Of a DNA stretch of 64,000 nt, positions 28,319 through 37,338 are shown piece by piece (within the stretch, counting starts at the first letter, position 1; each line of letters opens with the position of its first letter). Position numbers and translations under genes: made by a program. The notes under the pieces were generated by a model, which saw only the letters and a program-made list of their open reading frames with translations, made no database searches and was not told the origin of the DNA. The DNA comes from Deltaproteobacteria bacterium (GTDB lineage: Bacteria; Desulfobacterota; Syntrophia; Syntrophales; JAFGHS01). The stretch spans positions 676 through 64,675 of the forward strand of contig JAFGHS010000140.1 in NCBI GenBank assembly GCA_016930075.1, written 5' to 3'.

Positions 28319-29812
28319 ATGAAGAAAGAAAGTAACCGCAAAAATACGTTCATCATGTTTTTGCTGGCGTTTTTAATTGGTTTTTTTGTTGTTTCATTAA
28401 TTGAGGTGTTAAGGTCGTCTTTTGCCCCAATTCCGGATATGCAAACGGCATCGGCCGTTTCAACCGTAGAGATGGGACGAACCCCAAGTTCTTTTGCCGA
28501 TCTTGCGGACAGATTGAAGCCCGTTGTTGTCAATATCAGCACAACAAAAACCGTTCAGCCGGGAAGAGGCGGGGCATTCAGGTCTCCCTTCGGCGAAAAC
28601 TCGCCTTTTGAAAGATATTTCGGGAGAGACGATTTTTTTGACAGGTTCTTCGGCGACATGCCGCGCAGGGAGTTTAAGCAGAGAAGTCTCGGGTCGGGAT
28701 TTATCATTACCAAGGATGGGTATATCTTTACCAATAACCATGTCGTTGAGCAGGCGGACAAGATCTTGGTTAAACTCTCGGACGGCAAGGAATATGAAGC
28801 AAAGATTATCGGCAAGGATGCAAAAACGGATATTGCCCTGATAAAAATCAAACCGGATCATGATCTTCCCGTGGCGGAGCTGGGCGATTCGGATAAATTG
28901 CGCGTCGGTGAATGGGTCATGGCCATCGGCAATCCCTTCGGTCTGGAGCAGACGGTGACGGCAGGCATTGTGAGTGCGAAAGGTCGCGTTATCGGCGCAG
29001 GACCGTACGACAATTTTATTCAAACGGATGCGTCCATTAATCCGGGCAACAGCGGCGGTCCCCTTTTTAATATGGAAGGAAAGGTAATCGGCATCAATAC
29101 GGCCATTGTTGCCCAGGGTCAGGGCATCGGTTTTGCCATTCCCGTCGGTATGGCCAAAGATATTCTGCCGGCGTTAAAATCAAAAGGCAAGGTAGCGCGC
29201 GCCTGGCTGGGTGTTTCCATACAGGACATCACGGAGGATATTGCCAATAACCTAAATAAAAAGGATAGAAACGGCGCCCTTGTCAGTGAAGTATTTAAAG
29301 GCGATCCCGCCGATAAAGCCGGCATCAAGACAGGCGATATCATCACGGAAATAAACGGCAAGGCCGTCAAGGATACCCATGAATTACTGTTAACCATCGC
29401 CTCGCTTCGTGTCGGGGATAAGATCAATGTAAAGGTTTTGCGGGACGGGACGGAAAAAACCTTTCAGATTGTCGCAACGGAAAGAGGTGATGAGCAACGA
29501 CTGGCGCAGGATAACGGGGGTGGAAAGGGGAGCGATGCTTTAGGCCTGACGGTTCAGGAAATCACACCGGAAATCGCACGATATTTAGGGGTGACGGCGA
29601 AAAAAGGCGTCATTGTTATGGACATAGCAGAAGGAAGCCTTGCGGAAGACGTTGGAATTGAACAACAAGACATCATTTTGGAAATCAACAAAGTTAAAAT
29701 ATCAAACGTCAAGGAATATTTGAGAGAAGCAGAAAAACTGAATCAGAAGAAAGGCCTGATGCTGTTAATTAAACGGGGAAGGGCGACATTCTTTGTTTCC
29801 ATCCGCAAATAG
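28319..29812 (+). CDS. DegP/HtrA-family periplasmic serine endoprotease (two PDZ domains)
   Basis: 497 aa: signal/TM, trypsin-like catalytic triad context (TNNHV, DIALIK, GNSGGPL), two PDZ regions. Confidence 0.92.
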   Translation: MKKESNRKNTFIMFLLAFLIGFFVVSLIEVLRSSFAPIPDMQTASAVSTVEMGRTPSSFADLADRLKPVVVNISTTKTVQPGRGGAFRSPFGENSPFERYFGRDDFFDRFFGDMPRREFKQRSLGSGFIITKDGYIFTNNHVVEQADKILVKLSDGKEYEAKIIGKDAKTDIALIKIKPDHDLPVAELGDSDKLRVGEWVMAIGNPFGLEQTVTAGIVSAKGRVIGAGPYDNFIQTDASINPGNSGGPLFNMEGKVIGINTAIVAQGQGIGFAIPVGMAKDILPALKSKGKVARAWLGVSIQDITEDIANNLNKKDRNGALVSEVFKGDPADKAGIKTGDIITEINGKAVKDTHELLLTIASLRVGDKINVKVLRDGTEKTFQIVATERGDEQRLAQDNGGGKGSDALGLTVQEITPEIARYLGVTAKKGVIVMDIAEGSLAEDVGIEQQDIILEINKVKISNVKEYLREAEKLNQKKGLMLLIKRGRATFFVSIRK

Positions 29813-29815
29813 CTG

Positions 29816-30460
29816 ATGCAACACGCTAAGAAATTATGGACGATCTACCATGCGCTGAATGATCATTTCGGCGATCTCCACTGGTGGCCCGGCGAATCAC
29901 AAATCGAGATCATCATCGGCGCCATCCTGACGCAGAATACGGCCTGGCGGAATGTCGAAGTCGCTATCGACAGGCTGAGATCCCACAGATTGCTTGATCA
30001 GCATAAGCTGCTTCGCATCGGTGATGAGGAGCTGGAGGCACTGATCAGGCCGTCGGGGTATTACCGTATCAAAACCCAGCGATTAAAAAACTTTATTCAA
30101 TTCCTCTTCACCTATTATGATGGGCGGCTGGATAAGCTTTTTAGCGGGGATGTCGCGTTGCTCAGAAAGCAATTATTGCAAGTCAAGGGAATCGGTGAAG
30201 AAACGGCGGACAGCATCATCCTGTATGCGGGAGATAAACCCATTTTTGTGGTGGATGCCTATACGAGAAGGATTTTGGAAAGGCATTTTCTGATCGACAA
30301 AAGGGCGACTTATGGAGACATGCAGGCCTATTTCATGGACCATCTGCTTCGCGATATTGCCGTGTTCAAGCAGTATCATGCCTTAATCGTCAACACGGGC
30401 AAGCATTTCTGCACGAAAAACGCCAGATGCGAGACATGCCCTTTACAAAAACTAAAGTAA
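29816..30460 (+). CDS. endonuclease III domain (HhH-GPD) protein
   Basis: 214 aa. HhH motif LLQVKGIGEETADSIILYA, then VVDAYTRR and a C-terminal Cys cluster. Confidence 0.8.
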   Translation: MQHAKKLWTIYHALNDHFGDLHWWPGESQIEIIIGAILTQNTAWRNVEVAIDRLRSHRLLDQHKLLRIGDEELEALIRPSGYYRIKTQRLKNFIQFLFTYYDGRLDKLFSGDVALLRKQLLQVKGIGEETADSIILYAGDKPIFVVDAYTRRILERHFLIDKRATYGDMQAYFMDHLLRDIAVFKQYHALIVNTGKHFCTKNARCETCPLQKLK

Positions 30461-30777
30461 TGTTTCACGTGAAACATGATCTTTCTTCCCGGCCAAATTC
30501 AGAAAGAGCTTTCATTTCGTTTGAAAAGTCATCATGACGGCGTGGATGTCATCTGTATGATGTACGGACATTTGCCGTTGATTTTTCTTTATTGGTAAAC
30601 AAGGAGATGTTTGCTTCGCGTCTTTGAATCGGGGGAAACGGAAATTTTTTTCATTTGGGAGAATAATGGCCCCGTAAAACCGTCCGTAAGCGATTATTTT
30701 TTATATCGAGGGAAAGAAGGCCCCTGAAAATATCAGGCGCTTATAGGCCGTATAAAACGGGCGTTGCTTCATAAAGG

Positions 30778-32109
30778 CTATTCCTGTTTACCTGCCGTTA
30801 ACATATCGGACAGGATGGATGAAAATTTTTCCGCCAATCCGCAAAGCAGCGTCGTATCCATATCGGGGCTGTAGCGGCGACTGTCGGAATCACCGAAATT
30901 CAGGCTGCCAATTACTGTGCTGTTTAGAACGATGGGGGCAACGGCGAGAGACTTGAGAAAATATTTACTATTTTTTGGCAGAAGCGTGTAAAAAGGTCTG
31001 AGATTGTCATTGGCCAGCCGGGGCTTGAGATCGTTTTTTATTAAGCCCTCAAGAACCGAAGTCTCGACGCTGTTTAAGCGGCTGCTGAGCAGTTCTGAGG
31101 ATTCGAGCTGTTTCATCCAATCGCCTGTATCGGGGTTGTCGACAAAGGAAAACCAGATGTACGGGATTTCGAATTCTTCTGATGTAAGCAACAAGAGTGT
31201 TTCATAAAGCTCCCTTGGGTCCTTTGACGATGCGATGCCCTTTTCGATACTGGAAAATTTTCGCTCGATGCTTTTGTTGATATTTGTTATGGCCATCTTC
31301 TCATCCATTTTTTTGATATCCTCCATCATTGAATATTCAGCGAGCAATATGGTGTGATCCGACGGTTTATCGGACAATCGTGGTTTCAGGTCAATCGAAC
31401 AGCCGATGGATTTTTCGGCGAGTGCCGGCGTCGCCAGAATGTGGTCGATCCGCCAGCCCAGCTTCCTGTCCACCGATTTGGGCACGCGATAATCGAAGAA
31501 GGTGTACTGATCAGGCACTCCCGGATAGTGCTTACGGAATATATCGGTAAGTCCCCAGGCTTTTACCGAGGCAAAGGCATCCCACACCTCCGGGTTGAAG
31601 CAAACATGCCCCAGAAGTCTTTTAGGATCGTGGACGTCGATGGATTCCGGGGCGACATTCAGATCACCGCACCAGATCAAAGGATTGCTAACGGAGTACT
31701 TTTTTTCCAGAAGCAATTTTAAACGTTTGTACCATTCAAGCTTATAAACGAAGTGTTCCGTCTCACGGTCGCGCCCCTGGGGGACATAACTGTTTAAGAC
31801 GGTGATGCCTGAATAAACAGCCCGGATCAGGCGATCGCCGTCCGGCGGCCCCGCATCATCCAGGCCGAAGTGAACGGACGCGGGCTTCTCGAGAGACGCA
31901 ACCGCCACGCCGTTGTAGCGTTTGTCGCCACGATACGCCACATGATAGCCGATCTCTTCGAACGGGGGAAGGGGGAATTCGGCGTCGCTGACCTTGGTCT
32001 CCTGCATGCAAAGGACGTCCGGCCTGTTTTCCCGAAGCCACGGAATCACGATGTGGAGCCGCGAGCGGATGGAATTGACGTTGTATGTGGCAATCCTGAA
32101 TGTCTTCAT
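30778..32109 (-). CDS. xth: exodeoxyribonuclease III fused to a C-terminal DUF484/GAF-like domain
   Basis: Residues 1 to ~260 are ExoIII ([31 protein letters not shown]). Residues ~275-443 are GAF-like ([35 protein letters not shown]). Confidence 0.85.
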   Translation of the reverse strand: MKTFRIATYNVNSIRSRLHIVIPWLRENRPDVLCMQETKVSDAEFPLPPFEEIGYHVAYRGDKRYNGVAVASLEKPASVHFGLDDAGPPDGDRLIRAVYSGITVLNSYVPQGRDRETEHFVYKLEWYKRLKLLLEKKYSVSNPLIWCGDLNVAPESIDVHDPKRLLGHVCFNPEVWDAFASVKAWGLTDIFRKHYPGVPDQYTFFDYRVPKSVDRKLGWRIDHILATPALAEKSIGCSIDLKPRLSDKPSDHTILLAEYSMMEDIKKMDEKMAITNINKSIERKFSSIEKGIASSKDPRELYETLLLLTSEEFEIPYIWFSFVDNPDTGDWMKQLESSELLSSRLNSVETSVLEGLIKNDLKPRLANDNLRPFYTLLPKNSKYFLKSLAVAPIVLNSTVIGSLNFGDSDSRRYSPDMDTTLLCGLAEKFSSILSDMLTAGKQE

Positions 32110-32145
32110 CGTCGATGCTTCCCGTTTACGTGAACCTTAATTCAC

Positions 32146-32970
32146 TCACATCTGCCCGTTTTTTGCCAGTGCGTAGAGTCTGGCGACATTAATTTTCTGA
32201 AGCTCCGGCCCGAAAGCCTCCATGCCCTGGCCCATGGGAAAACGATCGAGGAAGGATATGCGCTGTTGCGCCTCCTCGAGGGACCAACCCTTTTTGACGG
32301 CGTCTTTGACGGCGGCGATCCAGTCTTTGATGAAAGCCGCCTGCTTATCAATGTAGTCCACCGTGCATACTTCCCCATGGCCGGGGATAAAATAATCGAC
32401 GGCCAATGTCTTTAATAACCGCAGGGATTCAAGCCATTCATTGGGCAATGCCTCTTGAAGAAAGGTCTGCACCTCAAAGAAAATATTGTCTCCGGTGAAA
32501 ACGATTCTTTCCTCCGGTACGAAGACAGCGGTTTCGCTCGCCGTGTGGCCCGGCTGATGAAATATCTGGAACGTGTGACTGCCCAGATGGATCGTCATGG
32601 CCTTATTGAAGGTAATGGTTGGGGGCTTGATTTTATAATCCGCCAGATAAGGCCCGGCGCCGGGATCCATCATCTTGATTCTTTCCTTAAGCGGCTCCAG
32701 CTGGGCCTGCATAATGGCGCTTCGCGTTCCCTCATGGGCGATGCCGACGGCATCGAAAAAGTAATTGCCGATATAATGATCGCCGTGAGGCTCCGTGTTG
32801 ATGAGATAGATGATTTTGCCGTGTCTCTCCACTTCCTTCCGATAGGCTACGGCATCGCCGAAAAGCTGCGGCGTGTCGATCATGACCACGCCCTCCGAAG
32901 TGACGACAAAACCCGGATTGCATCCCCGATAACCCGTTTCCACATAGACATTGCTCGTGACCTTATTCAT
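32146..32970 (-). CDS. MBL-fold metallo-hydrolase
   Basis: 274 aa with a TEPHGDHYIG (HxHxDH-like) motif and later conserved His/Asp residues. Confidence 0.85.
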   Translation of the reverse strand: MNKVTSNVYVETGYRGCNPGFVVTSEGVVMIDTPQLFGDAVAYRKEVERHGKIIYLINTEPHGDHYIGNYFFDAVGIAHEGTRSAIMQAQLEPLKERIKMMDPGAGPYLADYKIKPPTITFNKAMTIHLGSHTFQIFHQPGHTASETAVFVPEERIVFTGDNIFFEVQTFLQEALPNEWLESLRLLKTLAVDYFIPGHGEVCTVDYIDKQAAFIKDWIAAVKDAVKKGWSLEEAQQRISFLDRFPMGQGMEAFGPELQKINVARLYALAKNGQM

Positions 32971-33189
32971 TTTATCATCCTTTCATCGTGTCGTTGACTT
33001 GACTCAAAAAGAACATTTAAAAAGAAAAAATCGAAACGGCTATTTACAGATATTATTTTTCCTGGCCGGAAGTCAAGACGCTTTTCTATGAATAACCGAT
33101 AAATAATCAACACCAACAAGAAATATTTTGCTTGATATTCAACCCCGTCTTCTTTATCTTCTCCTAAAACGTTTTGAATAAGGCTCACA

Positions 33190-33633
33190 ATGAACAGCAT
33201 CATTTCCCACGAGGAACAGAACACCCGAACAGCCATCCAATACCTTCAGCACATCGTGGACGGCAGCGGCAAATACGGCAAGGCATCTTTCGATAAAGCC
33301 TTTGCGCTTGTTTCCGACGATTTTGAGATCGAGGTCCTGCCAAGCACGGTACAGATGCCCAAAATGCAGCTTGCCCGGTACCGGAAATGGCTGGAACCCA
33401 TGGTTGCCGGTCTGTTCGATGACTTTACCATGAAGATCCTGGAAACGACGGCCCAGGACAACCGGGTGGCCATTGAGGCGACATCATCGTCCAAAACAAA
33501 AGACGGCCGCCCTTACGGGATGGAATATCGAATATCTTTCATGTTTAATGATCGGGGCCAGATTACCCGCGTCAAAGAATATGTAGACAGTCTGTTCACC
33601 GCCCGATTCTATGGCCTGATTCAAGAAAAATAG
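33190..33633 (+). CDS. NTF2-like/ketosteroid isomerase-like protein
   Basis: 147 aa; composition and pattern (…RVAIEATSSSKTKDGRPYGMEYRISFMFNDRGQITRVKEYVD) typical of SnoaL/NTF2-like proteins. Confidence 0.55.
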   Translation: MNSIISHEEQNTRTAIQYLQHIVDGSGKYGKASFDKAFALVSDDFEIEVLPSTVQMPKMQLARYRKWLEPMVAGLFDDFTMKILETTAQDNRVAIEATSSSKTKDGRPYGMEYRISFMFNDRGQITRVKEYVDSLFTARFYGLIQEK

Positions 33634-33751
33634 ATCATTTTCGTGGGACCGATTTCCAAATCTGTTCCCGTCGCACGGCATGATGCGCGTGATGATCTTA
33701 CGCGCCCCAATACATTATATCTGCCCAACTTAAGAAAGGAGTTACACTTAC

Positions 33752-34825
33752 ATGAAAACAAGGATGACGGAACTGTTCGGAATCAAGTACCCGATTATGT
33801 TGTCGGGCATGAATTGGCTCACAACGCCTAAATTGGTGGCGGCCGTATCCAATGCCGGCGGCCTCGGCGTTCTGGCCGGCAGCCAGTACGGCAAAACCCG
33901 CATCAAAGACGCCATTAAAGAAATCCGCGACCTGACGGACAAGCCTTTCGGCATCAATATGACCCTCGGCATCGGGGCCCGCGAGGCCGTACCGATGGTC
34001 ATCGAAGAGAAAGTACCGGTTTTCAACTACGCTCTGGGCCGGCCGCCGGAGATCGAAAAGATCATCCAGGATGTGCATGCTTACGGGGGCAAAGTCATCG
34101 GCACGGTCGCCATGCTCAAACATGCGCTTCGCTCCCAGCAGATGGGTGCTGATATACTGATTGTTACCGGTTATGAGGCTGCATCGCATTCCGGAAATGT
34201 CGGTGCTCTCGTCCTCTTGCCGACCATCGCCGGCGCCCTGAAGATCCCTGTCATCGGCGCGGGTGGCTATGTGGATGGGAAAAGCCTCGCCGCCGCCCTG
34301 GCTTTGGGCGCCGACGGCATCGCCATGGGAAGCCGCCTGGCGGCAACGAAGGAGGCCGAGGCAGCCGACAGCATCAAGCAAATCTGGGTTAATATGACGG
34401 AAGAGGATACCGTCATCGATCCCACGTTCGACGGCATCAATTGCCGAGTTTTGCGCAACAAAAAGGCGGACGAGCTGATGACCAAGCGACTGCCGCTTTT
34501 TGATGTCATGTGGGCCGGACTGGCCATGAAAGAAGAATTGAAGCTGACTTATCCCGAAATGATACGGACGGCCCTGAATATGAGAAATATGCAGGCAGGC
34601 GTTGGCGGCGGTAAGCGAAAATGGGCCGACGTCATGCGTTTTGCCATCGGCGGAAGCCTCTTCCGCAAGGCGACCGTGGGTGGCGATCCTGTTGAGGGCT
34701 TGCTCATGGCCGGGCAGGGCGCCGGACGGATCAAGGATATCCCCACAGTCAAGGAACTCCTCGACAGGACAATGGTTGAAGCCGAACAGATTATCAGCGA
34801 GATGAAACAAAAAGCGGATGGGTAG
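33752..34825 (+). CDS. nitronate monooxygenase / FabK-like FMN oxidoreductase
   Basis: 357-aa TIM-barrel NMO pattern (GIKYPIMLSGMNW, GYEAASHSG, GAGGYVDG, LALGADGIAMGSR). Confidence 0.88.
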   Translation: MKTRMTELFGIKYPIMLSGMNWLTTPKLVAAVSNAGGLGVLAGSQYGKTRIKDAIKEIRDLTDKPFGINMTLGIGAREAVPMVIEEKVPVFNYALGRPPEIEKIIQDVHAYGGKVIGTVAMLKHALRSQQMGADILIVTGYEAASHSGNVGALVLLPTIAGALKIPVIGAGGYVDGKSLAAALALGADGIAMGSRLAATKEAEAADSIKQIWVNMTEEDTVIDPTFDGINCRVLRNKKADELMTKRLPLFDVMWAGLAMKEELKLTYPEMIRTALNMRNMQAGVGGGKRKWADVMRFAIGGSLFRKATVGGDPVEGLLMAGQGAGRIKDIPTVKELLDRTMVEAEQIISEMKQKADG

Positions 34826-34864
34826 AGACGTCTTTTACGCATGGCATGAGAACCGGGGGGTAAT

Positions 34865-35260
34865 ATGACCATGAAACAATTTTCTGTCAGATCGCACTCT
34901 CAATTCGAGATGATCGATATTACGGATGCCGTCAGATCGATCCTGAAGGAAGAAAAAATCCAAAGCGGCATCTGTCATGTCTTCGTACCGCACACGACGG
35001 CGGCGGTCACCATCAATGAAAACGCCGATCCCGATGTCCCTGCCGATATTATGATGGGGCTGGATAATTTGATACCCTTGAAAGACCGCTACAGACATAT
35101 GGAGGGAAACTCTGCTGCCCACATTAAGGCGTCGCTCGTGGGCGCTTCGGAGATGGTCTTTGTCGAAAACGGCGAACTGGTTCTTGGAACCTGGCAGTCC
35201 CTGTTTTTTTGTGAATTTGACGGACCGCGGACGAGACAGGTTTACGTGAACTGCTTATAG
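34865..35260 (+). CDS. YjbQ/UPF0047 family protein (secondary thiamine-phosphate synthase-like)
   Basis: 131 aa with VPHTTAAVTINENADPDV and GNSAAHIKASL motifs. Confidence 0.85.
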   Translation: MTMKQFSVRSHSQFEMIDITDAVRSILKEEKIQSGICHVFVPHTTAAVTINENADPDVPADIMMGLDNLIPLKDRYRHMEGNSAAHIKASLVGASEMVFVENGELVLGTWQSLFFCEFDGPRTRQVYVNCL

Positions 35261-35281
35261 ACATTGTACTCAAGCAATAGT

Positions 35282-35369
35282 GTCATACCGGCACGTCACC
35301 CCGGTGGAAACCGGAGCGGTATCCCGTTTATAAACATTTATCTCCAGATTCCTTTTTTCACCGGAATGA
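35282..35369. repeat. degenerate pair of the 29-nt hairpin unit
   Basis: GTCATACCGGCACGTCACCCCGGTGGAAACCGGAGCGGTATCCC ... CCAGATTCC...CACCGGAATGA. Eroded copies of the CGTCA-CCGG-loop-CCGG-TCCAG unit. Confidence 0.4.
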
Positions 35370-35383
35370 AAAATTCTAAAAAT

Positions 35384-35428
35384 AAGGCCGCTTCCCCGTT
35401 ATCACACGGCAAGCGGCCTTATTTTTTT
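35384..35428. terminator. bidirectional intrinsic terminator
   Basis: AAGGCCGCTT (35384-35393) pairs with AAGCGGCCTT (35411-35420). A-run upstream and T-run (35422-35428) downstream. Confidence 0.6.
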
Positions 35429-35470
35429 AAATTACCCCATGGTAAGCGCTTTGAATTTCCGTTTTTCCTT

Positions 35471-35551
35471 TCATTGCGAAGCACGGAGCACCATAACAAT
35501 TTTTTATATTATCGGACGCTTATGAGATTGCTTCGCTTCGCTCACAATGAC
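35471..35551. repeat. second hairpin-repeat family (GTCATTG[CT]GAGCGAAGCGAAGCAATC-type), inverted pair
   Basis: Left arm TCATTGCGAAGCA (35471-35483); right arm GATTGCTTCGCTTCGCTCACAATGAC (35526-35551). Confidence 0.4.
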
Positions 35552-35595
35552 AAAAGAGACTTTTTTAAACGGTCTTATAACCTGGGTTCCGGTTG

Positions 35596-36105
35596 TTACA
35601 CCGCTTTGATGGGAATCTTTGTTCCCTTGACCTTGGCTTCTTCCGTTTTTGGAAGTGTAATGGTCAAAACGCCGTTTTTATAGACCGCTTCCGCTTTCTT
35701 CGTATCTACTCGTTCCGGCAGGGCAATGACGCGGTTAAAAGAGCCGTAGCTGCTTTCCATGTGGTAATAGTCGCCGCTCTTGTTTTCTTTTTCCTCCTTT
35801 TTTTCACCTTTGATGGTCAGCCGGTCTTCCAACAGATTAATTTCCACATCCTTTTCGTCCATGCCGGGAAGTTCCGCTTTTATCAGAATCTCGTTGTCGT
35901 TTTCTTTTATGTCAATTGAAGGTGAGAAGGTTTTAAAGCGGTCGCTTCCAAAGCCGAACGGCGCCACATCGAAATCCCGGAAAAAATCATCAAACAACTG
36001 ATTCACTTCCCGCTGGAGAGAATGATAAGGCGGCTCCTCCTCGCGGTTGATGGGCAACCCCGTTCTTCTCCAGATTGAGGGTACAAGATCTGTAATATTC
36101 ATCAT
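35596..36105 (-). CDS. Hsp20/alpha-crystallin family small heat-shock protein
   Basis: 169 aa; alpha-crystallin domain (...PSIDIKENDNEILIKAELPGMDEKDVEI...GVLTITLPK). Confidence 0.9.
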   Translation of the reverse strand: MMNITDLVPSIWRRTGLPINREEEPPYHSLQREVNQLFDDFFRDFDVAPFGFGSDRFKTFSPSIDIKENDNEILIKAELPGMDEKDVEINLLEDRLTIKGEKKEEKENKSGDYYHMESSYGSFNRVIALPERVDTKKAEAVYKNGVLTITLPKTEEAKVKGTKIPIKAV

Positions 36106-36125
36106 CTCATCCTCCTTCCTTGCAG

Positions 36126-36530
36126 TTATTCCTTTGTTATCTGGATCTTTTTTGCTTTGGCTTGTTTTGCCTTATGTAAAACCAATTTCAAAACGCCGTT
36201 TTTCACGGAGGCCTCGATTTTGTCCTTATCCACTTCATCGGACAGCGTGAAGGCCCGATGATAATCGCCCCAATCGTATTCGTAGTAGGCAATTGACTTA
36301 TTTTTGTAGGTTTCCGGTATCGCATTTCCCTGAATGGTGAGAACTCCCTTTTCCAGCGTTACATTTGCCGATTGTTCGTCGATGCCGGGCATATCCGCCA
36401 ACATGACGATGGCATCCTTCGTTTCATATATGTCCACTTTCGGTGTGTATACCTGACGGCTTCTTGTCCATTCCGTTTCCTGCGCTGCGCTTGCCGGCTG
36501 CTTCTGTATATCTTTTTTGATCTCGGCCAT
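36126..36530 (-). CDS. Hsp20/alpha-crystallin family small heat-shock protein
   Basis: 134 aa (…PKVDIYETKDAIVMLADMPGIDEQSANV...GVLKLVLHK). Confidence 0.9.
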   Translation of the reverse strand: MAEIKKDIQKQPASAAQETEWTRSRQVYTPKVDIYETKDAIVMLADMPGIDEQSANVTLEKGVLTIQGNAIPETYKNKSIAYYEYDWGDYHRAFTLSDEVDKDKIEASVKNGVLKLVLHKAKQAKAKKIQITKE

Positions 36531-36548
36531 AATTAACCCTCCTTTCTT

Positions 36549-36992
36549 TTATTCCGATTTAATGGCAATTTTTTTCGGTTTGTCCTCTTCTGCCCTGGGA
36601 AGCGTGATGGTCAAAATGCCTTTGTCGTATTTGGCATCGACCTTGGTTGCATTAACGTTAAAGGGCAGTTGCAGGGTTCTGGAAAAGGGTCCATAGTTTC
36701 TTTCCTGACGATGATAGCTTTCACCCTCCTTCAGAGATATGATCTCCCGATACCCGTTCAGGGTCAGCCGATCGCCGATGACCGATATATCAATGTTTTC
36801 TACCTTTACACCGGGTATCTCGGCCGTAACGATCAAGTCATCCTGTCCCATCCAGATATTAATGGGAGGGTAATCCTGACCAACGGCTTGACTCGCTCCG
36901 GAGAAAAGGCGGTTAACTTCGTTTTGCAACCGCTGCATTTCCCGCCAGGGCTGTGCCGTTCTTCCAAATCTCCAAATTGTCGGTTCAAACAT
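36549..36992 (-). CDS. Hsp20/alpha-crystallin family small heat-shock protein
   Basis: 147 aa (…PPINIWMGQDDLIVTAEIPGVKVENIDI...GILTITLPR). Confidence 0.9.
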   Translation of the reverse strand: MFEPTIWRFGRTAQPWREMQRLQNEVNRLFSGASQAVGQDYPPINIWMGQDDLIVTAEIPGVKVENIDISVIGDRLTLNGYREIISLKEGESYHRQERNYGPFSRTLQLPFNVNATKVDAKYDKGILTITLPRAEEDKPKKIAIKSE

Positions 36993-37075
36993 GATTCGTA
37001 CCTCCTTTAATTATTTATGATTGAGACGATCTTTTAACTTACTAATATCATTAAGAACATTGTCGTTTCGAGCAT

Positions 37076-37103
37076 AATATAGTCACAAATTTTAAGTTGT
37101 CAA
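37076..37103 (-). promoter_or_regulatory. candidate sigma70-type promoter of the sHSP operon
   Basis: On the minus strand: TTGACA (37103-37098), 16-nt spacer, TATATT (37081-37076). About 75-nt 5' UTR before AAAGGAGG. Confidence 0.4.
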
Positions 37104-37232
37104 GGGCGGACAAAATGATGATACCGATTGGCATTAGGTCATTGTAGAGAGGGTATTGAGAGTGAACTGGCTGTCCAAAAAGTCGGCAGTAAATTGCATG
37201 CAAGACAGAAGGCAAATCTGCTGTTTTGAATC

Positions 37233-37261
37233 TTGCAATTATAACGGATTATCGTTAATAT
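37233..37261 (+). promoter_or_regulatory. candidate sigma70-type promoter of BMP lipoprotein gene
   Basis: TTGCAA (37233-37238), 17-nt spacer, TAATAT (37256-37261). Confidence 0.4.
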
Positions 37262-37338
37262 CCGCGCGTTTCTAGAGAAATGCCGATCTCCGCAGCTCGG
37301 ACGACCGCTTGGATTGAAATAAAAAAGGGGGAAAAATC

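Noticed and set aside
30460-30477. Perfect 18-bp palindrome ATGTTTCACGTGAAACAT directly after the endonuclease III-like stop
   Set aside because: As RNA it gives only a 7-bp AU-rich stem with no U-tract, so it is not a convincing terminator. It could be a protein-binding site (CACGTG core), but with a single occurrence and no partner gene I cannot support a function.
33698-34810. 370-aa ORF on the minus strand
   Set aside because: Antisense to the nitronate monooxygenase gene. No motifs, and an R/G/H/D-rich artefact composition.
35264-35683. 139-aa plus-strand ORF, and the similar ORF at 56936-57367
   Set aside because: Both read through hairpin-repeat units and terminators in intergenic DNA. 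The second is also antisense to the GIY-YIG gene. No RBS or motifs.
37127-37145. TGGCAT...TTGT resembling a sigma54 -24/-12 element
   Set aside because: The spacing between GG and the would-be GC is wrong, and the -12 GC is absent.
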